Part shown: one piece after another, positions 40,874-47,838 of the stretch
Position numbering within the stretch: the stretch's first letter is position 1
Layout: each line of letters starts with the position of its first letter
Source of the DNA: an uncultured bacterium
Lineage (GTDB): Bacteria > Patescibacteriota > JACMRA01
Direction: 5' to 3'
Length of the DNA stretch: 64,000 bases
NCBI GenBank assembly: GCA_963704645.1
Contig: OY969926.1
Location: 608,001-672,000, forward strand
The notes under the pieces: model-generated
The model's input: the letters and a program-made list of their open reading frames with translations, nothing else
The model's database searches: none
What the model was told of the DNA's origin: nothing
Translations under genes and position numbers: made by a program

Positions 40874-41392
40874 TTAAGCCAGATATTCTTTAATAATTTT
40901 AATTATCAGGCTGTTGGTTTCTCCCCATTTTAAATATTTATCTATTTCTTCAAGTTTAATCCATTTAACTTCGGTCATACTTCCACCTGGATCTGAAATG
41001 AATTTGTCTATTCTGCCTGCCCTAGCAATGTATCTTACTTGCAAAGCCTCAAATTTTTCCTCCAACACCTCATCTTTATTTTGAATTTCGTAAACATTCT
41101 GGTAAAAGGCTGGCTTAATTGTTTGTGAATCTACAACTACGGCAGATTCTTCGTAAACTTCTCTTATTAACGTATCAATTGTTGTTTCACCAGCTTCAAC
41201 AGTTCCGCCGGGTAAAATCCAAAAACCAGAATCTGAATTGTAGCACAGCAGCAACTCATTTTCCTTGTTTAAAATAATCCCGTAACTTTGTGTAGCCTGA
41301 TTTAAATTAACTTCATCAAAACTGCCTGTGTAAACATCAATTCTATAATGATGAGTGTTTTTATAGCTGTAATTAGTGGAAAACTGGAACAT
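40874..41392 (-). CDS. NUDIX hydrolase
   Basis: LPGGTVEAGETTIDTLIREVYEESA Nudix box. Confidence 0.92.
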   Translation of the reverse strand: MFQFSTNYSYKNTHHYRIDVYTGSFDEVNLNQATQSYGIILNKENELLLCYNSDSGFWILPGGTVEAGETTIDTLIREVYEESAVVVDSQTIKPAFYQNVYEIQNKDEVLEEKFEALQVRYIARAGRIDKFISDPGGSMTEVKWIKLEEIDKYLKWGETNSLIIKIIKEYLA

Positions 41393-41490
41393 GCTTAAAT
41401 AGAATTCGTTTCAGTATTTTAAGTCAATTTTAGGCAGGATATAATGTAGTAAATAGTTTTAAGGCTGTTACTGAATAAGTTGACATATAC

Positions 41491-41520
41491 AACCCTGAAC
41501 TTGTTTCAGGGTCTAAGTGT
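41491..41520 (-). repeat. REP-like palindrome, family A, copy 3
   Basis: Reverse complement acacttagaccctgaaacaagttcagggtt. Confidence 0.85.
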
Positions 41521-41650
41521 GGAAAACAGATATTATAGTTTTCTGGAAAGAGTTTTCTCTAATCTGGCTATATTTGTTTAAAAATAGACTTTACTTTATC
41601 TAAGTTGAAATAAACTTGCTGAAAAATAAACTAAAACATTAACTACTTTC

Positions 41651-41998
41651 ATGACTAAAAACTTGAACATTTGCTTATATTCTTTCCTCTCTGTCTTAGG
41701 GTTTATTGTACCAAATTACATTGTTTTTCAAACTATTATAAAATATGGAACTTACGACTTTGCAAAATTATTTTCCGATATGAACTACAGTTTGTATACT
41801 CAATTTATTGGCGCAGATTTAGGTATAGCAGCCCTTGTTTTTATTGTCTTTTACATTTTAGAAACTAGAAAAAATAAAATTAAATACGCCTGGTTAAGTT
41901 TGCTAGGATGCTTTCTTGTAGGTTTTAGCTTTGGCTTTCCACTATTTTTGTTAATTAGGGAAGTTAGTTTGGGTAAGGGTAAGGGAGGAGCTTTATAG
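41651..41998 (+). CDS. DUF2834-like small membrane protein
   Basis: LG..VP.Y...D..I.A..F...E......VG.SFG.PLFL..RE. Confidence 0.7.
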   Translation: MTKNLNICLYSFLSVLGFIVPNYIVFQTIIKYGTYDFAKLFSDMNYSLYTQFIGADLGIAALVFIVFYILETRKNKIKYAWLSLLGCFLVGFSFGFPLFLLIREVSLGKGKGGAL

Positions 41999-42000
41999 TT

Positions 42001-42048
42001 TTTGGGCAATAAAAAAGCACCCAAACCGTAGAATTAGGTTGGGGCTTT
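42001..42048 (-). repeat. Cassette junction R0 (terminator half only)
   Basis: tttgggcaataaaaaagcaccc plus bulged hairpin. Confidence 0.85.
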
Positions 42049-42054
42049 AAGGTT

Positions 42055-42561
42055 TTATCCAAATTTGAGTCTAATTACGGGTGTAACCCATTTTTCGCTC
42101 CAGTACCAACCAGATTGCGATCGGCACAAAATATTATTGTAACGATTCCTGAAGAAGATTCCATTTGCAGGTTCGTCTTCATGTATGGTTGTTTTTGGAA
42201 ACGAAACAGCCCTTCGTAATTTACACTCAGGCTCAACTTCAATAAATTCAAGTTCTTCACCTTGATTTAACAACCAATTTGTGAAAGGCCCTATTCCATT
42301 GTTTTCAAGTCCGAGAAGCTCCAAAATCTTGTTTTGATCAGAGCTGTTTAAGTCTTCAAAACGCACTTCGCCATTAGAATCTTCTGACCACACAACTTGA
42401 ATTTCTTCAGCATTTGGGTCAAGGCAAAGTTGATGCTCATTATACTGCTCGCCTGGAACATTCGGCTTCCAGTATGGTATAGCACCGCACTGAAAATAAA
42501 TTTGTTTTAAGCAAGTCACTTTATTTTTCGCGACAGGCTGACCTTCGATTGGTTTAATCAA
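42055..42561 (-). CDS. Cassette gene 1, unknown ~175-aa paralogue family (start probably TTG 42561 after AAGGAG)
   Basis: IEGQPV...LC...W...F.DL...QNKIL.LLG...LEF...LCR...W. Confidence 0.75.
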   Translation of the reverse strand: MIKPIEGQPVAKNKVTCLKQIYFQCGAIPYWKPNVPGEQYNEHQLCLDPNAEEIQVVWSEDSNGEVRFEDLNSSDQNKILELLGLENNGIGPFTNWLLNQGEELEFIEVEPECKLRRAVSFPKTTIHEDEPANGIFFRNRYNNILCRSQSGWYWSEKWVTPVIRLKFG

Positions 42562-42610
42562 AATCTTTTCTCCTTCCAAAAATATAAATGTTGTTTTGAT
42601 TAAGCTAGTC

Positions 42611-42701
42611 TAATCTTCAAAAGCAAAGCATAAAAATTGGGGTTGGGCAAGGGTTTTGGGCAGTAAAAAAGCACCACATCATAGAATAGATGGGTACTTT
42701 T
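42611..42701 (-). repeat. Cassette junction R1 (terminator + promoter)
   Basis: gcataaaaattggggttgggcaagggttttgggcagtaaaaaagcacc plus hairpin. Confidence 0.9.
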
Positions 42702-42704
42702 GAT

Positions 42705-43253
42705 TTAAACACAATTTATATCTTTTACTTCAATAATACTAGGACTTTTTTTAGACATGAAAACAAAATTTTGAATAGTTGGAGTTATCAACAGATCTGT
42801 CTTCCAAGATAAAAAGTAGTCCGTCCAGCCTGTAAACCCTATATACTGTCTACGGTCTGGTTTAGAAATTATTCTCTCAACCCTGGTTTCAGACATTAGA
42901 GTTGGAAACTCATTTACAACTTCTCTTACGACTGCTTCTCCAGTGAGAATTTTCACAAATAGTGAATGGACAGGAATATCAAGAAGATTTAAAACCTTAT
43001 TTTTTCCATCATCCGAAAGGTTGTTGAAATGTGTCGAATTTTGTTCGGTATTAACACAATCTAATTTAGACCATGCAATTTCGCCTGACTCAGCTTCAAT
43101 ACACAAGGAGTATTTAACTTGGGTAGAAACATTGTACTCTGGGTGAATTGAACTTTCTTCACTGCCAAAACAAATAAACAACAAAGAATTTTGTTTATCA
43201 TCATTTTCAATAAAAACAGGTAAACCGTTTTGATAATTAACTTCATACCCCAT
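42705..43253 (-). CDS. Cassette gene 2, same family (start ATG 43253 after AGGAG)
   Basis: GLPV...LFICFG...LC...W...FNNL...NKVLNLL. Confidence 0.75.
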   Translation of the reverse strand: MGYEVNYQNGLPVFIENDDKQNSLLFICFGSEESSIHPEYNVSTQVKYSLCIEAESGEIAWSKLDCVNTEQNSTHFNNLSDDGKNKVLNLLDIPVHSLFVKILTGEAVVREVVNEFPTLMSETRVERIISKPDRRQYIGFTGWTDYFLSWKTDLLITPTIQNFVFMSKKSPSIIEVKDINCV

Positions 43254-43293
43254 TATCGATCTCCTAATTAATTTTGCAAGCCGTATATACATT

Positions 43294-43367
43294 ACATAAA
43301 AATTGGGTTTTGGCAAGGGGCTTTGGGCAATAAAAAAGCACCTCACCATTAAAATTGGATTGGTGCT
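43294..43367 (-). repeat. Cassette junction R2
   Basis: acataaaaattgggttttggcaaggggctttgggcaataaaaaagcacc plus hairpin. Confidence 0.9.
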
Positions 43368-43396
43368 TAAACTTTTTGCCTAAAAAGCGTGCTTGC

Positions 43397-43987
43397 TTAT
43401 TTCCTTAAAACCAATCCCAGATCTGTGATATCTGCTCTTTGGTTAAAAGCAAAAGCTAAAGCTGGTTCGGCTTTTATTTCTGCAAATGCCACACTTTTTT
43501 GTCCTTTTTGTATAAAGTCACTTGTTCCCAATCCTCTGCCCTTGCTATCTACAAGTAGCAATACAGTTGAGGGAATTGGTTCAGCTGTTTCTTCAGGAAT
43601 TTCCAGCCAGTAAATGTTAGCTTTTCTGGTGCGTGGAATGCTGAGTACATCTTTAGTATCTAAGGTAAAACCGCCGATATACTTGTGTTCACCAGTACTT
43701 TCAAAGTATAAAACCTTGAAGTTGTTTTCCGTTAAGGTGGATGCAATTACTACAGAACCAAACTTTCTTTTGTGTAGTGAAAAATATTCTACACCTTTGT
43801 ATTCTTCCGCAATAAGAAAAGTATCCTGATTGTTTTCTGACTTGATACTCAATGTGTTTTGAATATGCTGAATCTGTGCATTGAGTGATGTGGCTTTAAA
43901 ACCAAAAAACTCTTGAACGGGGTGCAAGCTTAGAGTAATTGCTAAAATTACTGCTACAAAAAATAACTTCCAAAAATTCTTCGGCAT
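43397..43987 (-). CDS. Cassette gene 3, exported hypothetical protein (ATG after GGAGGT)
   Basis: N-terminal signal/TM; strong SD. Confidence 0.7.
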   Translation of the reverse strand: MPKNFWKLFFVAVILAITLSLHPVQEFFGFKATSLNAQIQHIQNTLSIKSENNQDTFLIAEEYKGVEYFSLHKRKFGSVVIASTLTENNFKVLYFESTGEHKYIGGFTLDTKDVLSIPRTRKANIYWLEIPEETAEPIPSTVLLLVDSKGRGLGTSDFIQKGQKSVAFAEIKAEPALAFAFNQRADITDLGLVLRK

Positions 43988-44068
43988 GCTAGAAACCTCC
44001 AATAGTAAATTTTTTCAAAAAAACTAGCTTTTTGTTTATTACACAAAATTGTTTGTAAGGCAAGTGGT

Positions 44069-45207
44069 TGTACCCGTTCACTACATATGATACTTAGGAT
44101 GGTATTGTTGTAGGTATTTCATTGGTGGTATAAATTGTCCAATATCTCTTTTTAAACCCAGATGTGGTCTTTGGTTATTGTAGAAGTCTAGGTACATGAT
44201 TAATTTTAGATTAAAAGCTTGTATATCATCTCTTAGTATCCATAGATTATAATTAGCAAACTCTTCTTCCACACTTCTATTGAATCTTTCTATGTAAGCA
44301 TTCATTTTAGGAGATTTAGGATAGTTCCAGAAATGAGTAATATCTTTAAATTTTAACAGTTCATCAAAGTTCTTATGATTTTCTTGTCCATTGTCTGTCT
44401 GAACTCTTTTAATCTGGTAAGGGAATACATCTTGCATTCTTAAGAAGAAGTCTTTTGTACTATTACTACTTAATGTTTTGTAAGCATATACGAAAGAATA
44501 TCTACTAACTAGATCTACAGCACAGATTAAATATCTTTTTACTCCATTAAGATAAAAGGTTATTGCGTCTAATTGAATTAGATCTCCTGGGCTATTAGGC
44601 TGGTATTCTTTTCTTCTGGTTTTAACTTGCTTCCTAGGTTTTAGTAGTCTTTGTTTAATACTTCCTGTTCTACCGTCTAAATAGACTTGCTTTGAGTATT
44701 TGTAGACTGGTATTATTCTTTGATCTTTAAAAGTAGATATTATTCTGCCGATAGTTGAAATTGAAATAGTTTTTAGTGTTTTACTTGTTTCTTTTAGATT
44801 TTGTTCTGCACAGTAATCATCTAACAATACTTTAAGTTTGTCTTTACCTAGATTAGGATATTGCAATCTAGTTTGTTGAATAAACTCAAGTATTCTCCCT
44901 TGTACATTTGACTGTCTAAATTTATTAGGTCTTTTGCTTTTATCCTTTAAATCGTATTTGTTACCAGCTCCATAATTAAGTTCACAACTTTTTCTCCATT
45001 TCTTCCTCCACCTAATTAAAGTTATTCTGGAAAGTTTACGATTTGAATCTAGAGATAATGCTTCTAATGTAGAATTAATACCATGCTTAAATGAGTATTC
45101 AATTATTTTAAATTTATCTTCCAAAGTGTAAGACATGATCATATGATAGTAGATTTAGGATTATTAATCTACCACCCTTTGGTATCATATGTGTTTGGAC
45201 TTGTTCA
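44069..45207 (-). mobile_element. IS481-like insertion sequence inside junction R3
   Basis: Imperfect terminal IRs (tg...acatatgatac), direct repeat gtggt at 44064-44068 and 45208-45212, single rve transposase. Confidence 0.88.
44081..45142 (-). CDS. IS481-family (rve integrase core) transposase
   Basis: PGDLIQLD, VDLVSR, QTDNG, PKMNAYIERFNRS..EE, YNNQRPH. Confidence 0.92.
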   Translation of the reverse strand: MIMSYTLEDKFKIIEYSFKHGINSTLEALSLDSNRKLSRITLIRWRKKWRKSCELNYGAGNKYDLKDKSKRPNKFRQSNVQGRILEFIQQTRLQYPNLGKDKLKVLLDDYCAEQNLKETSKTLKTISISTIGRIISTFKDQRIIPVYKYSKQVYLDGRTGSIKQRLLKPRKQVKTRRKEYQPNSPGDLIQLDAITFYLNGVKRYLICAVDLVSRYSFVYAYKTLSSNSTKDFFLRMQDVFPYQIKRVQTDNGQENHKNFDELLKFKDITHFWNYPKSPKMNAYIERFNRSVEEEFANYNLWILRDDIQAFNLKLIMYLDFYNNQRPHLGLKRDIGQFIPPMKYLQQYHPKYHM

Positions 45208-45212
45208 GTGGT

Positions 45213-45265
45213 ATTGTTTTAGGGCAATAAAAAAGCACCGCTCCTTAAGTTAGGTTTACGGTGCA
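45213..45265 (-). repeat. Cassette junction R3, terminator half (promoter half at 44041-44064)
   Basis: ttttagggcaataaaaaagcaccg plus hairpin; reconstitutes with 44041-44068 when the IS is removed. Confidence 0.85.
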
Positions 45266-45299
45266 TTACTATGTGTTGAATTAAATTGAGGAAAAAGAT

Positions 45300-45809
45300 C
45301 TACCCCATATTCTCAACACGACTAATGGTATAATCTTTAGCAATATGGTAAGGCAAAAACTCCCATACATCTGTGGCTTTATACCGGCAGAGAAGTTTGT
45401 CTGGTTTTCCTTTTTTAATCGATCGGATTTGAATTGGGTTGTTCATTTCGTTACTTACAAAACTGCCAACACGCGTTGGTTCATTGCAATGCATCGAAAG
45501 TTCTAAACCTTTTCCTGTTTTAAGGAATTCAACAATTGGTTGGTATTGCCACATTCCAACAGAATCTAAAACATTTTCTTGAGTGCTGCAATCTAAAGTC
45601 CGAAATATTAGTTGCGTTTGAGGTACGTGGTGTTTGTTAATCCAAACTAACTCTCTGTTAGTTCTGCACAAAACCATTGTTTCGCCAACCTCAAGCGGTA
45701 TCCAGGTGAGTAAAAATTGCATATTTGAATTTCCACCAAACACCAAAACCTCGTCAGCAGTGTTCTGCTCGTCAACAGGTTGACCTTCAATAGTTTTTCG
45801 TATAGGCAT
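45300..45809 (-). CDS. Cassette gene 4, same family (ATG 45809 after GGAG)
   Basis: IEGQPV...VFG...LCR...W...F.TL...QENVL..VG...G.GLEL...LLCR...W. Confidence 0.78.
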   Translation of the reverse strand: MPIRKTIEGQPVDEQNTADEVLVFGGNSNMQFLLTWIPLEVGETMVLCRTNRELVWINKHHVPQTQLIFRTLDCSTQENVLDSVGMWQYQPIVEFLKTGKGLELSMHCNEPTRVGSFVSNEMNNPIQIRSIKKGKPDKLLCRYKATDVWEFLPYHIAKDYTISRVENMG

Positions 45810-45855
45810 AGCCGTCTCCACTGTTCCAAAATAAAAAATTACAATTAAGTTTCCC

Positions 45856-45947
45856 TAATCTTTCAAAGAAAAGCATAGAAATTGGCTTTAGGCAAGAAAG
45901 TGTTGCAATAAAAAAGCACCGTTCCTGAAAGGCAGGTTTACGGCGCT
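45856..45947 (-). repeat. Cassette junction R4
   Basis: gcatagaaattggctttaggcaag...gcaataaaaaagcaccg plus hairpin. Confidence 0.9.
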
Positions 45948-46001
45948 GAATTTGATTTTAAATTTGATGAAAATGAAGAAATTAGTTTTGAAAGCTAATT
46001 G

Positions 46002-46526
46002 TTAATTGTCACTAACATTCCAAATTTGTCCTGGGTCGTGGGCATAAAATTGCCATTTGTTAGTTTTATAGAGTCGACAAAGCCATTCTGGTCCAAGATT
46101 TGTGGTTCTATACACAATTGGGTAAGTTACTGCCTCATGGTCATTTTTTGGTCTGGTCCCTGCTTTGTGCAAATCATTACCTTGCAATGCTTCATCTGAA
46201 AATTCCAAACCATTTCCATTCACTAAATAGTGAAAAAATAATTCGCTTCCTCCAAGTTTGGACACAATTTCATCTTGCGATTGTTTTCCAAGCTCAGATA
46301 TGTGCAAACAGCTGTTTTCGGTTTCTCGTGAAAGTTCGTCTACACTTACCCAGCCAAAGTTGACCAGGTTTCCATCCAAAACCCTACACAGAAACATAGG
46401 TGTATCTTGTAGTGGAATCTTCCACATTGCAATAATCGGTTTAGTTGCATCTCCAAAACAAATTAGAGTAGCATTTTCACCAGCACCAGAAATTACTAGC
46501 TGTTCTTCCACTAGTTTTGTTTTCAT
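46002..46526 (-). CDS. Cassette gene 5, same family
   Basis: EQLV...LICFG...LCR...W...L...QDEIV..LG...G.GLEF...WLCR...W. Confidence 0.78.
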   Translation of the reverse strand: MKTKLVEEQLVISGAGENATLICFGDATKPIIAMWKIPLQDTPMFLCRVLDGNLVNFGWVSVDELSRETENSCLHISELGKQSQDEIVSKLGGSELFFHYLVNGNGLEFSDEALQGNDLHKAGTRPKNDHEAVTYPIVYRTTNLGPEWLCRLYKTNKWQFYAHDPGQIWNVSDN

Positions 46527-46578
46527 CTTCTTTTTCCCCTTTTTAAATTGTAAATTGATTTGCGGTTAAGTTTTCCTC

Positions 46579-46658
46579 AATCTTTTAAATTAGAGCATAG
46601 AAATTAAGGTTGTGCAAGGGTTATAGTCCAATAAAAAACCCTCTGTGTTGCAGAAGGT
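46579..46658 (-). repeat. Cassette junction R5
   Basis: gcatagaaattaaggttgtgcaaggg...caataaaaaaccc plus hairpin; minus strand reads TTGCAC-17-TCTAAT. Confidence 0.85.
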
Positions 46659-46692
46659 AGTGATTTATTTTAACCTATAATTTCTTTAAATA

Positions 46693-47208
46693 TTACATTA
46701 TAGTTGGTTCTACTTTTTTATTGTAGAATATATAAAATAATCCTAAATAAATTAGAGATGTAGCTATGCAAATCTCATTGGCATAAACAGTGGCGTAATT
46801 AAAACCTCCTGGCCACAATCCAAAGAAGTTAAAATTAGAAAGTCCAGCAAATATTAATATTAAAAGACTTGCACCGCTCTGTAAATAGGCATACCCCGTC
46901 TTTAAGTCTGTTAAATAAATTAGCAACTCTGCTAAGCTAACTGCTGACGAAATTGTCATTGATAGTGCCATGAAATAAAATAAACCTTGTGGGCTTAATA
47001 AATTGTAAGCACAGGTAGCGAAAATACCTAAGAAAAACAAGCTTACACTTTTCATGCCATTGTACTTTCCGCTGACGAAAAAATGATGAGTACAATATAT
47101 GTTTACTAATATGAAGGAAGCTACGCAGAACCATGAAATTGGCGATGTGCTTAGTACTATTAGCCAAAGATTATTTAGTTGTGCTGAATAGTTTAAACCA
47201 ACTGTCAT
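46693..47208 (-). CDS. Cassette gene 6, multi-TM membrane protein
   Basis: About five hydrophobic segments; ATG 47208 preceded by AGGA. Confidence 0.65.
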   Translation of the reverse strand: MTVGLNYSAQLNNLWLIVLSTSPISWFCVASFILVNIYCTHHFFVSGKYNGMKSVSLFFLGIFATCAYNLLSPQGLFYFMALSMTISSAVSLAELLIYLTDLKTGYAYLQSGASLLILIFAGLSNFNFFGLWPGGFNYATVYANEICIATSLIYLGLFYIFYNKKVEPTIM

Positions 47209-47369
47209 TTGTTTTGTCCTAAAATAGGTTAACTTCCTTTTTAAATCATAGAAAAGGGCTAATGTCAAAAATCTATTTCGTTTAATTAAATAACTAAAAA
47301 CAGCTTTATGAAACTTTGTTAGTTAATTAGAATTATCTTAATTATTTGCACAAGATTCTAGTAATAATA

Positions 47370-47445
47370 TTAAAAATTATACATGTGCAAGGGTTTTTGG
47401 ACAATAAAAAAAGCACCCTAACCATCGAACTAGGTTGGGTGTTTT
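47370..47445 (-). repeat. Cassette junction R6
   Basis: taaaaattatacatgtgcaagggtttttggacaataaaaaaagcaccc plus hairpin. Confidence 0.88.
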
Positions 47446-47452
47446 CTGGAGC

Positions 47453-47677
47453 TTAGTCCATTCCAATGAAATCTTTAACTCTCTGTGTCATTGCGTGATC
47501 AAGACTGGTTAGTTCGATTTCACCATCAACCTTTGCTGCTTCGCAATGAAACACAAGTTGACTTTCAGAACTGACTGATACTACAGTTCCAGCAGTAAGT
47601 GAAACACGTTCTCCACCTACTAGAACTGCATTTACAGTTTCTGTCATTCCAATATTTACTGCTTCTATAACTTGCAT
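47453..47677 (-). CDS. Cassette gene 7, 74-aa hypothetical protein
   Basis: ORF with GGAG SD, bounded by junctions R6 and R7. Confidence 0.65.
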   Translation of the reverse strand: MQVIEAVNIGMTETVNAVLVGGERVSLTAGTVVSVSSESQLVFHCEAAKVDGEIELTSLDHAMTQRVKDFIGMD

Positions 47678-47737
47678 AATAAACTTCTCTCCAACGTAAA
47701 TGTGTATGATGGTATTATACCGATCCTTGTAAGATAA

Positions 47738-47793
47738 ACAGAAAAGTTTAAACTAGGCAAGTAACTGAATAAACAAAGGTAATAAAAACCCTT
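47738..47793 (-). repeat. Cassette junction R7 (promoter half, degenerate terminator part)
   Basis: acagaaaagtttaaactaggcaag...taataaaaaccc. Confidence 0.6.
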
Positions 47794-47838
47794 TAATACT
47801 TGACTAAACTTACCACTAAAATCACTTTTAGGTTAATT

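Noticed and set aside
43254-43349. N-terminal extension of the 42705 ORF given in the track
   Set aside because: It runs through the junction repeat; the SD-preceded ATG at 43253 fits the family alignment better.
42001-47793. Classical integron or CRISPR array
   Set aside because: No attC R/L boxes or IntI in the window; the units between repeats are whole genes, the repeats are degenerate, and there are no cas genes.
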